Positions 1 through 9,170 of a stretch of 64,000 nt of DNA are shown in pieces. Every line of letters begins with the position of its first letter. The stretch's first letter is position 1. The notes under the pieces were generated by a model. It ran no database searches and was not told where the DNA came from. It saw only the letters and a program-made list of their open reading frames with translations. Where the stretch lies: assembly GCA_965248445.1 (NCBI GenBank), contig CBDFJG010000004.1:288001-352000 (forward strand), read 5' to 3'. The translations under genes were made by a program, and so were the position numbers. This DNA comes from Planctomycetota bacterium (GTDB lineage: Bacteria; Planctomycetota; JAJSAM01; JAJVHW01).

Positions 1-89
1 AGTGACCCGGGCCGTGTGGTCGCGCTTCCGCCCCGTGCTGTCGGGGACGAGTAGTAGCCGCAAGCTGTGCGGCTGCGCCCGGTTACGTG

Positions 90-138
90 TGGTCGGGGCG
101 AGAGGATTCGAACCTCCGGCCTCTTGCTCCCGAAGCAA
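90..138 (-). pseudogene. 3' half of tRNA-Pro(CGG), anticodon arm through CCA; probable att-site duplication
   Basis: Minus strand reads TTGC-TTCGGGA-GCAA-GAGGCCGGAGGTTCGAATCCTCTCGCCCCGACCA (anticodon CGG, T-loop, CCA). No 5' acceptor strand (CGGGG[CT]G) upstream. Confidence 0.85.
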
Positions 139-505
139 CGGAGGCCAGGCTCGCACGCGTGGGAGGCGAGTTGCAGGGGCTGCACGAGCCGCATGCGCCG
201 CGGTGGTGGACAGGAGTTCACCAACTCTAACGCAACTCTGTCTCGCTGGCGGCACACCCGGCAGCGGTCGCCTCGGCCGCGCGATGCCGACTCTCATCTG
301 TTCTCGCCGTCGGTTTCCGTCTCTGCGCCGCAGTCGAACTGCGGCACGCTCCCGCGGATGCGCGGACGATTGAGATCGGTTCCCCTCGTCCGCCCCGCTC
401 CCACACGCGCTGCACTCGCGCGGGCGGTGGTCCTCTACGCCATCGACCTCGGACTCGTCCACGAGCTTGCGCGTCGCCCCTTTGTGGCCGGGCTGCGCAC
501 CCTAG

Positions 506-2174
506 CCGCATCTGTTCACGAGACGTCGCGATGACGGTGCTTTCGGAGTCCACAGGGTCAGATCTTGGCCAGGCGAGGGCGGATGCTGTCGTCGTTGCCA
601 CAAGGGCAACGCGAGTGAGCGGCCGAAACGGCGCGGATTCTGCGGTGTGGGCAGACCGTAGGCCGGGCGGTGGTGTGGCGGACGGCGCGGCGGGACGTCA
701 GGTCGGCTTCGGGGATGCCAGCAGTCGTTGCGCGCAGCGCTCGAAGACGTGCTGCCAGGGCCACGACGAGGACATCGAGACCCAGATCCGGCGCGTCGTG
801 ATCCGCACGAGCGCGCCGATCTTGAGCAGCCGCAGGCGGATCGTGCCGGCTTGCGCACGCGCCATCTCGGTGCCGGCGAGACCGATGCGTCGCAGCGCAC
901 AGGTCAGGACGTAGGCCATGGCCGACATGGCCATCCGCACGGCGTTGCCCTGCATCGTGTGCACCGACAGACGGGTGCCGAAGAGCTCGAGCTGCTGCTC
1001 CTTGATGCGATTCTCCGCCTCGCCCCGGGCGCAGTAGAGCTGCTCGTAGAGACGCTTGCTGCTCCAGCTACGAGGCGGCAGATTGGTCACCACGAAGCGG
1101 GGATTGCGCTTGCCGCCCGGCAGGTGCTCGGCCTTGGCGACCACGCGACGCCTCTGGCTCCAGCTCCCCAGCGTGGTCCAGGCAAAGTCGCGAAAGACCC
1201 GGGCTGCTCGGCCGGTCTGCACGGCACGGGCTGCGGCCTCATCGAGCGCGTCTTCGACGTGTCGCTCAAGGCGCTCATTGCGCGCCATGCCCAGCAGGTA
1301 GAAGTGGCCGGCGGCCTCGCACCAGGCCATCAGCTCCTCGCGGCAAAAGCCCGAGTCTGCGCGCACGAGCACCTTGGCCCGGGGCCAGCGGCGCCGCAGA
1401 CGTAAGACCAGCGCACGGAGCTCGTCCACGACTCCGCGCGCGGGATCTCTGTCAGCGGTCTGGAGCCGAGCGAGCAAGAGGTGCTCGCCGCAGAAGACGT
1501 ACAGCGGCAGGTAGCAGTAGTGCCCGTAGTAGCCGTGGAAGAAGCGGCCCTCCTGCCGGCCGTGCAGCCGCACGTCGGAGTGGTCCAGGTCCAGCACGAG
1601 CAGGCCCGGATCCTCCGGCCCCATGGCCTCGCAGAAGACGTCGCTGAGCACGCTGTCCACGCGCTCCTGGTCCATCTCGATCTTGGCGTAGCGCGTCTGT
1701 GCCGTGGCGCCGAGCTGCGTGGTCTCGAGCCGCGAGAGCGTCGGGTGCGTGGCCAGAGCACCCTCGCGCTTGCCGCACGCCGCGGCAAACAGCGGGTCCT
1801 TGCCGACATGGTCGTGGTCCACCAGATCCTCGTAGCCCGCGCACAGCCCGAAGACCCGCTGACGCAGCATCTGGCCGACCGTGTGCTCGACCCGACGCGG
1901 GTCCCGGTGGTCCCCGAAGCAGCGCGCAAACCGCGAGAGCAGATCGATGCGACGATCGGTCCGCTCGAGCAGCAGCACGCCCCCGTCGCTCGTCACGGTA
2001 CCGGCGTCGAAGCGCGTCACCGCGGTGCGTCCACAGATGCCCGCGAAGAGGGTCCCCTGCGGGCTACAGTCTGTCGTCATCGGGCCGGCGCTCCTGTCGG
2101 TGCAAGTACTAGCGAGTACGAGCACTTAGACAGACGACGGCCCGCTCAGATTCCCGGCTGGTGAACGATTCGGG
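506..2174 (-). mobile_element. IS1380-family insertion sequence (1669 bp)
   Basis: Imperfect terminal IRs CCGCATCTGTTCACGAG and CCCGAATCGTTCACCAG (reverse complement of the right end). Flanks are CTAG (502-505) and TTAG (2175-2178). Encloses the transposase. Confidence 0.85.
698..2080 (-). CDS. IS1380-family transposase (DDE_Tnp_1_4)
   Basis: FDAGTVTSDGG, RDPRRVEH, GYEDLVDHD, FFHGYY, VRADSGF, YCARGEAENRIKE motifs. Confidence 0.95.
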   Translation of the reverse strand: MTTDCSPQGTLFAGICGRTAVTRFDAGTVTSDGGVLLLERTDRRIDLLSRFARCFGDHRDPRRVEHTVGQMLRQRVFGLCAGYEDLVDHDHVGKDPLFAAACGKREGALATHPTLSRLETTQLGATAQTRYAKIEMDQERVDSVLSDVFCEAMGPEDPGLLVLDLDHSDVRLHGRQEGRFFHGYYGHYCYLPLYVFCGEHLLLARLQTADRDPARGVVDELRALVLRLRRRWPRAKVLVRADSGFCREELMAWCEAAGHFYLLGMARNERLERHVEDALDEAAARAVQTGRAARVFRDFAWTTLGSWSQRRRVVAKAEHLPGGKRNPRFVVTNLPPRSWSSKRLYEQLYCARGEAENRIKEQQLELFGTRLSVHTMQGNAVRMAMSAMAYVLTCALRRIGLAGTEMARAQAGTIRLRLLKIGALVRITTRRIWVSMSSSWPWQHVFERCAQRLLASPKPT

Positions 2175-2572
2175 TTAGCGATCGTGGGGACGGCCTCGAG
2201 GAGCGCGCCAATCAGCTGCGCGGCGTTCGGGCGCTGGGCGCGCAGCGCGTCGACGACCAGCAGCGGGTCGGCGGGACCCTCGGCGGCGGCCTCGTTGATG
2301 GCGTCGAAGAGGTCCCGCCGCACAGGATGGGTGAAGTGCACACGGTCGAGCCGGCTGAGCACGTCCTGGGCGACCTCGCCGTCGAGGAAGCAGACACCGA
2401 GACACGCGAGCTCCTCGTCGATGAGGGCATCGGGATGGGCGGCTCCCCGAAGAGGATCGACCGCTGTTTCAAGGACAGGGTCCGATGTCGGGTCGGTCGT
2501 TTCAGAGACCGCGACCGAGGGGCCCTCGTCATCGAGCAGATCAGAGAGGTCGATCGTGTCAGACACCAGCAT
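2175..2572 (-). pseudogene. DnaB-like helicase N-terminal domain, truncated by IS1380
   Basis: PHPDALIDEELACLG...HFTHPVRRDLFDAI...ADPLLVVDAL...LLEAVPTIAN matches DnaB_N; homology stops at the IS end. Confidence 0.75.
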
Positions 2573-2823
2573 TCACCTGGGTTGTTGAAACCGTTTCTGG
2601 GTTCTAGTCGTCGCTTCGAACGGGTGTGACCGGTGAGGGGGGGGGGGTTCCATTCGGACTTCTTCTTCTTCTTGAGGTCCTGGACCGCGCCCTTCTGGAG
2701 CACGAGGGCCTCTGGGCATTCGCCCATGGGGCAGCAGGCGACCCCGCCGACCCAGACCGGCTCGTCGGTCAGCCCGCAGAGCGCGCACTCCCACCAGGTC
2801 CCGGGCGGGAGTGGGGTCACCAT
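2573..2823 (-). CDS. Small Cys-rich phage protein; 3' end depends on a C11 tract
   Basis: GGAGG RBS before ATG 2823; WECALCG...CCPMGEC. As sequenced the frame runs on to 2212; 2573 is the stop reached if the tract were C12. Confidence 0.45.
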
Positions 2824-2965
2824 CCGCCTCCCTGTGTCGCGTAGAACCTGTGTCTGCCGCCGGACCTTCGGTCGCGCAGGGCGCTGGTAGTAGGTGAGCC
2901 GGAAGAACATGCGCCAGCCGCGCGTGCGCGCAGGCGTGGCGCGGTGCAGCTGCGAGGGGCCCATC

Positions 2966-3160
2966 TCATAGATCAGGCGTGACGTCGCCGGCGGTGCGCG
3001 CGGCTTCGACGCCGTGGCCCCAGAGGCCGGGCTTGGAGAAGCGCGAGGCCATCGTCTCCGCGTAGCACCGCTCACAGCCGCGGGAGACGCGAGTACAGCC
3101 CTGAATCGGATTCCAGGACACGTCTGCCCATTCGATGCTTGTTGTGGCGAGATGACGCAT
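2966..3160 (-). pseudogene. Truncated DUF5131 / phage gp37-gp68 family protein
   Basis: TSIEWADVSWNPIQGCTRVSRGCERCYAE is the family N-terminal signature; only about 64 aa remain. Confidence 0.85.
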
Positions 3161-3390
3161 CAGATCCTCCTGTGCGCACACACGTGCGCGGACTTGGACA
3201 GCACGCCCATGACGCGCTTCCGCGCGTTCTGCAGCCGCGGTGGCGGGCGTGAGACGAAGCAGTTCGGGCAGACGATCACGGCCGGCCCGCTGTCGAGGAC
3301 GAGTACGACCGGGTGATCAACGGGCGGGGAGAGCGGCCGCAGGCAGATCCCGCAGGCCGTGAACTTGGTGACCCACTCCTTGAGCGTCAT
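3160..3390 (-). CDS. Small zinc-ribbon hypothetical phage protein
   Basis: CGIC...CPNC; stop/start overlaps with both neighbours. Confidence 0.6.
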   Translation of the reverse strand: MTLKEWVTKFTACGICLRPLSPPVDHPVVLVLDSGPAVIVCPNCFVSRPPPRLQNARKRVMGVLSKSAHVCAHRRI

Positions 3391-3728
3391 GGCAACGTCC
3401 TCTGGAGCATCCAGTTGCTCCGCCAGCGTCGCGGGTCAGGAGCGCGACGGGGTGCGTTCGGGGCGGTCTCCGCGGACTGCGCGGGCTTCGCGGGCTGCGC
3501 CTGTGAGCACGACCGCGTGTGCGCAGCGACCACCCAGTCAAACGCGCGTTCCAGCCGGCGCCGCAGAGCGCGCACACCACCAACCGTTGCGCGGGTCAGT
3601 CGCAGGCGGCGACCGCAGGGCACGCACACGCGCTCGACGGTGAGGATCGTCGTGACGCGGCCGCATTCGTCTTCCAGACGGGCGGTTCGGAGCGTCACGG
3701 GACCGCCTCCCAGATAGCGGGCGTGCAC
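3387..3728 (-). CDS. Hypothetical phage protein
   Basis: CVPC and HTRSC motifs; ATGA overlap with the downstream gene; start uncertain. Confidence 0.5.
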   Translation of the reverse strand: MHARYLGGGPVTLRTARLEDECGRVTTILTVERVCVPCGRRLRLTRATVGGVRALRRRLERAFDWVVAAHTRSCSQAQPAKPAQSAETAPNAPRRAPDPRRWRSNWMLQRTLP

Positions 3729-4114
3729 CGCCGCACGAGCCCCTCGCTCTCGAGGCGCTTCAGCATGTACGCGACGATCCGCGGGCGCTCGCCAATGCGC
3801 TCACGCAGCTCGGCGAACGGGACGGGCTCGCCAGCGTCTTGCAGGTGCCGGAGCAGCCCTGCGAGGAGGTCTTCGTGCGGCGTTGGCTGGTCCCGGTTGA
3901 CTGGGCGGATCGCTCTGTCTGCCGTGGGCTGTTGCATCCACAGGGACGACACCATGTCCGCGAGTGCGCGGTGGGGGTGGTCCCGCACCAGATGCTCGAC
4001 GAGGACCTGGTCCGCGTCCGCGAACCGACGCGCAGCGCGGTCCTCCCAACCGCACCCGGGCACAAGACACCGCACGTGGTTGCGGTTCCGGTGCACTGCG
4101 CCGGCGCCCGCCAT
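3695..4114 (-). CDS. Putative DNA-binding protein (C2H2-like finger plus C-terminal winged helix)
   Basis: CLVPGC...HLVRDH; VPFAELRERIGERPRIVAYMLKRLESEGLVRR; TGATG overlap with the helicase. Confidence 0.6.
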   Translation of the reverse strand: MAGAGAVHRNRNHVRCLVPGCGWEDRAARRFADADQVLVEHLVRDHPHRALADMVSSLWMQQPTADRAIRPVNRDQPTPHEDLLAGLLRHLQDAGEPVPFAELRERIGERPRIVAYMLKRLESEGLVRRCTPAIWEAVP

Positions 4115-5484
4115 CAGAAGAGCTCCCCCTGGCGGCCCTCGGCCGCAGGCGCAATGGTGGCGGCCTCCCGATCGCCGACCTGGTCCTCGCCGTAGACCGC
4201 GTCCTCGAGGGACTCCTTCTCGACGAGGAGCTCGGCGGTGCGGTGGTCCAGGACGTGGTCCGCAACGAGGTCCGTGACGAGGACGCCACGCGTCTGACCG
4301 ATCCGGTGCGTGCGGTCGACCGCCTGGCGGTTGAGTGCCGGCGTCCAGTCGCGGTCGATGCGCAGCACGTCGCTGGCGCGGGTCAGCGTGATCCCGACGC
4401 CGCCCGCCCGGATGGTCAGTGCGACGCCGGAGAGGCGGCCGGACCGGAAGTCACGCACGATGTCCGCTCGTGCACCAGCTGAGACGTCGCCCGTGATCGA
4501 TGCCCAGCCCGGCCTGTTTCCGATGGCCTGGATCGGCGCCTTGTGCGCGCCGAGCACCACGAGCGGTGTGTTCGACTGCTCGTGGAACTCGACGAGCTGC
4601 TCCGCGGTGCGGAACTTGGCGGCCGCGAGCGCCTTCCGCGCGCGGCTCATCTCCGTGAAGCCCGGTCGCTCAGCAGCTGTACGGACCGCCTTGAGGGTGG
4701 CGGAGGTGAGGTCGACGCCCTGCTCAGCGAGCGCAGCGGCCGCGGCGTCGCACGCGACGATCGCCTCCCGGTTCAGCTCGACGAGCACGGTCTTGTAGCG
4801 CTTCGGGGGGAGGTCCGGGAGCACGTCCTTCTTCAGCCGGCGGAGCATGACGCGCCGCAGCCGGTCTGGGACCTCACGGGTCGGCCCACGGAACTTCCAG
4901 CCGAACCGCCCCTTGTAGCCGTCGAACGCGCGCACGAACGTCGACCAGGACCCGAAGGACGCCTTCTCGCAGTCGAGTGCGCTGAGCACCTTCCAGAGCT
5001 CGACCGGGTTGTTGAGCAGCGCGGTGCCGGTCGCGCCCCAGAGCGTGCCCTGGCGGGCGCGCACCCGACGCCGCAGCGCGAGCCACGCCTTCCGGCGTTG
5101 GCTGCTGCCCTTGACCGCGTGGATCTCGTCACCGATCAGGTAGCAGCCCGGCAAGAGGCCCGGGAGTGACGCGACGTCGGTGTCCTTGGGCAAGATCGCG
5201 TAGTTGGTGATCACGATCTCGCCCGCGCGCGGCCACCGGAACGACCCGCGTCCGGAGAGGACGATCGCGCGCAGATCGGGTCGCCACGCGCGCACCTCGT
5301 CGGCCCAGTTGTGCTTGACGACCGCGGGGCACACGATGACGGCGCCGCCGACGAGATCGCGCGGCAGCGCCATCAGGATCTGGACGCTCTTGCCGAGTCC
5401 CATGTCGTCGCCGAGCAGCGCACGCCGCCGTGGTGCGAGCCAGTCGACGCCGACCCGCTGGAACGGGAAGAGGGCGCGCGTCAC
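4114..5484 (-). CDS. SNF2-family (SF2) phage-type helicase/ATPase
   Basis: GDDMGLGKS, VIVCPA, DEIH, ATGTALLN, AGGVGITL, DWTP..QAVDRTHRIGQ. Confidence 0.92.
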   Translation of the reverse strand: MTRALFPFQRVGVDWLAPRRRALLGDDMGLGKSVQILMALPRDLVGGAVIVCPAVVKHNWADEVRAWRPDLRAIVLSGRGSFRWPRAGEIVITNYAILPKDTDVASLPGLLPGCYLIGDEIHAVKGSSQRRKAWLALRRRVRARQGTLWGATGTALLNNPVELWKVLSALDCEKASFGSWSTFVRAFDGYKGRFGWKFRGPTREVPDRLRRVMLRRLKKDVLPDLPPKRYKTVLVELNREAIVACDAAAAALAEQGVDLTSATLKAVRTAAERPGFTEMSRARKALAAAKFRTAEQLVEFHEQSNTPLVVLGAHKAPIQAIGNRPGWASITGDVSAGARADIVRDFRSGRLSGVALTIRAGGVGITLTRASDVLRIDRDWTPALNRQAVDRTHRIGQTRGVLVTDLVADHVLDHRTAELLVEKESLEDAVYGEDQVGDREAATIAPAAEGRQGELF

Positions 5485-5699
5485 GTCGACCCCGCCCTCG
5501 CCGCCGGGCACTGCACGTACCCCTCGACCTCGCGCATGGCGAGCCGGTCACGGGCAGCGTGCGGCTGGCGTCCGTACGTCTCGTGCTGGGATGGTCGGAC
5601 GCAGGCCTTGCCGACAGGGCGGTTGCAGGTCGGGCACGCGACCTCGAGCGCCGGGTCGCGCGGCCAGGTCTGCCCGCAGTTGCTGCAGGAGACGCTCAT
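5481..5699 (-). CDS. Small phage zinc-finger protein
   Basis: CSNC; ALEVACPTC...C...H; GTGA overlap with the helicase. Confidence 0.65.
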   Translation of the reverse strand: MSVSCSNCGQTWPRDPALEVACPTCNRPVGKACVRPSQHETYGRQPHAARDRLAMREVEGYVQCPAARAGST

Positions 5700-5811
5700 G
5701 CCGCACGCTTCCGGAATGCCTGATACACATCTCGGTACACATCCTGGGTCTCTGTCAGATGTGCGCGAGTGTCGGGTAAGTGCCGTTGATAGCCTCGTAC
5801 GTGCCCGATAG

Positions 5812-7239
5812 GTGTGCGCGTGCGCGCGCTTGGGGAGCTACTACGACGATCGCGACCCGAAGATCCGCAAGCGCGCCGTAGCGGCGCTCGAACCGGCATC
5901 CGGTCCCGACGTGGTGCGGGCGCTCCTGCGCGCGGCGGCGGATCCCGATCGCTCCGTCGCGCGCGCTGCCGAGCGATTGCTGATGCGCGCGTGGCCCGGG
6001 GTCGACGAGCGCGAGGCGCTGGCGGCGTTCGCCGCGGCGCCGAAAAGGGCGCTGCCCGGCCGGCTCATGGCGACGCGCGCCCTGGGCGAGTGCGCTGAGC
6101 CGGGTGTGGCGCCGCTCCTCGCGGTCCTGGGGGTCCGCGATCCCGAGGTCCGCGCTGCCGCGGTACACGCGCTGGCGGCGGCGGGGGCGCCTGTTGCCCT
6201 GCCGCGGCTGCACGAGCGGCTCGCGGACCGAGAACCAGTGGTACGCGCCGCCGCCTGCGCCGCCATCGCGGTCCTGCGTCCCGAGGACGCCGCAGACGTG
6301 GCGATCGCCGTCCTCGCAGGTGACCGCGCCGCCACGCCGCGCGTCGAGGCGCTGCTGACGCTTGCAGAGCATCCGAGGCCCGCTGCGGCGGACCACATCG
6401 TGCGCACCCTCTACGACGAACGCTGGTCCGTGCGCGTGGCTGCCGCCCGTGCCCTGGGGGAGCAGACAGAGGAGCCCGCAGCCGCACGGGTTGCGGCCGA
6501 GGCCCTCGTGCGCGCCCTCGAACGGGAGCGCCGGCAGCGCGTGGCGTTCGAGATTTCCGACGCGCTGTTCCTGCTGACCGGCATCGACTTCGGGCCGGAA
6601 CCGGACCGGTGGACGGCGTGGTGGAAGGAGGCCGGCCGTGCGCTGCTCCCGCCGGCGAAACGCCCGCGGCGCGGCGGACACTCGGGTGGAACGGGGGCGG
6701 ACCTCCTGGATCTACCGCTCGAGTCCGACCACGTCGTGTTCGTGCTGGATACGTCGCACTCGATGAACGACCCGCTGCGTCTGGGTGACCCGACCTCGAA
6801 GAAGGACGTGCTCGTCACCGCGCTCCGGCGGGCGCTGTCGCGTCTCCCCAAGGGCGCACGGATGAACGTGATCGCCTTCGGCACCGAGGTGCGGCAGATG
6901 AAGACCCGTCCGTTCAAGGCCACGTCGGGCGGACGCAAGGCGGCGGTGAAGTTCCTCGACCGGCTGAACCCGTCCGGACGCACGAACATCTACGACGCGC
7001 TGACGACCGCGTTCGACGAGTCCGCCGCCGACACGATCGTGCTGGTCACCGACGGCGCGCCGTCCGAGGGGGCGCGCACCACGCGCACCGGCATCCTCGA
7101 CGGTATCGCAGCCGAGAACCGCCACCGGCTGGCCCGTATCCACACGGTCGAGATCGGCTCCAAGACCACGGGCAAGCGGTGGCGCGGCTTCATGGCCGAC
7201 ATCGCCGCGGCTACCGGCGGGCACCACTTGGCCCGCTGA
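5812..7239 (+). CDS. HEAT-repeat + C-terminal vWA domain protein (possibly 5'-truncated)
   Basis: Repeated DPxVRxAA/WSVRVAAARALG; vWA MIDAS VFVLDTSHSM, GRTNIYDAL, LVTDGAP. Confidence 0.85.
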   Translation: MCACARLGSYYDDRDPKIRKRAVAALEPASGPDVVRALLRAAADPDRSVARAAERLLMRAWPGVDEREALAAFAAAPKRALPGRLMATRALGECAEPGVAPLLAVLGVRDPEVRAAAVHALAAAGAPVALPRLHERLADREPVVRAAACAAIAVLRPEDAADVAIAVLAGDRAATPRVEALLTLAEHPRPAAADHIVRTLYDERWSVRVAAARALGEQTEEPAAARVAAEALVRALERERRQRVAFEISDALFLLTGIDFGPEPDRWTAWWKEAGRALLPPAKRPRRGGHSGGTGADLLDLPLESDHVVFVLDTSHSMNDPLRLGDPTSKKDVLVTALRRALSRLPKGARMNVIAFGTEVRQMKTRPFKATSGGRKAAVKFLDRLNPSGRTNIYDALTTAFDESAADTIVLVTDGAPSEGARTTRTGILDGIAAENRHRLARIHTVEIGSKTTGKRWRGFMADIAAATGGHHLAR

Positions 7240-7417
7240 GGGCGATTCCGCCCCGCCCGAGTGATCAGTGTGGGGTACCCGCGACCGGCGAGGCTCGCCG
7301 CGAGCGGGCTTGGGCGCGCAACGAAGAGCATCCTGAAATGGCTGTCGATTTCGCCGGCGCTTGTTCGTCAACTTGGAAACGGGGCCGGTGCCCCGGGAAC
7401 CAACGAGAGGAAGACCG

Positions 7418-7783
7418 ATGCGCTATCTGATGTTGATCTACGGAGACGAAGCCGAATTCGCGAAGTCGACGCCGGAGGAGATGGGGGCCTGCTTCGCCGC
7501 CTACGGCGCGTTTGAGGGCGAGATCGCGCCCACAGGCAAGAAGCTCGCCGGCGAGGCGCTCCAGCCGACCGCGACCGCGACGTCCGTGCGCGTGCGGAAC
7601 GGAGACCGCTCCGTCACCGACGGCCCGTTCGCCGAGACGAAGGAGCAGCTCGGCGGGTTCTACCTCCTCGACTGCGACAACCTGGACGAAGCCATCGAGT
7701 GGGCGTCGAAGATCCCCGGCGCGTCGGACGGCACTGTCGAAGTGCGACCCATCTTGGACGTGTCCGACGGGGCGGGCGGCTAG
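7418..7783 (+). CDS. YciI/DGPF-family protein
   Basis: [31 protein letters not shown]. Confidence 0.92.
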   Translation: MRYLMLIYGDEAEFAKSTPEEMGACFAAYGAFEGEIAPTGKKLAGEALQPTATATSVRVRNGDRSVTDGPFAETKEQLGGFYLLDCDNLDEAIEWASKIPGASDGTVEVRPILDVSDGAGG

Positions 7784-7836
7784 GGCCGCGAGGGCGGCGG
7801 GGGCGGGTGGCCGTCCTCGCCGCCTGCGATCACCGC

Positions 7837-9078
7837 GTGAGCGAGACCCGGGAATCGATCGGGCGGATCTTCCGTGCCGAGCATGGTCGCGTGCTGGCGG
7901 CACTCATCCGTGTCGTCGGCGACTTCGAACTGGCCGAGGACAGCGTCCATGACGCGTTCGTCCGGGCGCTCGAGGTCTGGCCACAACACGGGATGCCCAA
8001 GACCCCGGTTGCGTGGATCACGACGACGGCGCGCAACCGAGCCATCGATCGCGTGAGGCACGCGCGGATGGCCGCGGAGAGAGCACCCATCTTGAGGGAA
8101 CTCGCGTTGCTGCGGGTCTCCCCGGAAGGGCCCGACCTGGATCATCCGGACGACCGTCTGCGGCTCATCTTCACGTGCTGCCATCCCGCGCTCTCGCGGG
8201 ATGCCCAGGTTGCTCTCACGCTGCAGACGCTCGGCGGACTGACGGTCGCGGAGATCGCCCGCGCGTACCTGATCGAGAGGGCGACGATGGCTCAACGCCT
8301 TGTGCGTGTGAAGCGCAAGATCCGGGATGCCGCGATCCCCTACGAGGTACCGGCGCCCGCCCGTCTCGGCGAGCGCACCGACGCCGTGCTCGAGGTCCTC
8401 TACCTCATCTTCAACGAGGGCTACTCTGCCACCGTCGGCGACGCGCTCATACGCCAAGAGCTCTGCCAAGAGGCCATTCGTCTCGGTCGCACTCTCGTGC
8501 AGTTGTTGCCGCGCGTGTCCGAGGTCGAGGGACTGCTGGCGCTGATGCTCCTCCACGACGCTCGCCGACCGGCGCGAACGAACGAAGCCGGCGATCTCGT
8601 CGCCTTGGAAGAACAGGACCGAACTCTCTGGGACGTGGCGAGCGTGCGCGTCGGGAGCGAAGTTCTCGAGAGAGCGCTCGCGCGTGGTTCCCCGGGTCCC
8701 TACCAGATTCAGGCCGCTATCAGCGCCCTGCACTCTCAGTCCATGTCACCGGACGACACGGACTGGCCGCAGATCGCGCAGCTGTACCAGGTGCTGATGA
8801 CGTACCGGCCGTCCCCCGTCGTTGCACTCAACCATGCCGTCGCCATCGCCATGCACCGTGGACCCGGATTCGGACTGCGGCTCCTCGAGGAGGTGGCGTC
8901 CGACGGGCGACTCGCGAACTACCAGCCGCTGTATGCTGCGCGGGCGGACCTCCATCGTCGTGCCGGAGAGCATCAGGCTGCGGCTGCCGCGTACCGCCGT
9001 GCGGTCGAGCTGACCACGAACGAGAGCGAGCGGCGGTACCTCGAACATCGCCGGCAATCGTGCCGAGAACGGCGATGA
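7837..9078 (+). CDS. ECF sigma factor with C-terminal TPR-like extension (ECF42-type, DUF6596)
   Basis: [41 protein letters not shown]; adjacent DGPF gene. Confidence 0.9.
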   Translation: MSETRESIGRIFRAEHGRVLAALIRVVGDFELAEDSVHDAFVRALEVWPQHGMPKTPVAWITTTARNRAIDRVRHARMAAERAPILRELALLRVSPEGPDLDHPDDRLRLIFTCCHPALSRDAQVALTLQTLGGLTVAEIARAYLIERATMAQRLVRVKRKIRDAAIPYEVPAPARLGERTDAVLEVLYLIFNEGYSATVGDALIRQELCQEAIRLGRTLVQLLPRVSEVEGLLALMLLHDARRPARTNEAGDLVALEEQDRTLWDVASVRVGSEVLERALARGSPGPYQIQAAISALHSQSMSPDDTDWPQIAQLYQVLMTYRPSPVVALNHAVAIAMHRGPGFGLRLLEEVASDGRLANYQPLYAARADLHRRAGEHQAAAAAYRRAVELTTNESERRYLEHRRQSCRERR

Positions 9079-9170
9079 GGTGCGCCTGAAGACTGCAGAG
9101 GGTCCGGGCGAGCGGCGGTTCGGACTCGCCGGGTGGGCCCGTCCGTCGCGGCCACCCGTACGATGGGCGG

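Larger units (their letters stand above)
139..5760 (-). mobile_element. Decayed prophage / integrative element remnant
   Basis: Tightly overlapping minus-strand small ORFs, SNF2 helicase, DUF5131 fragment, DnaB N-domain fragment; tRNA fragment at the left end; boundaries approximate. Confidence 0.7.

Noticed and set aside
90..170. Intact tRNA-Pro gene
   Set aside because: No 5' acceptor strand, and the top anticodon-stem pair is broken; only a weak AGCCTGG resemblance to a D-loop
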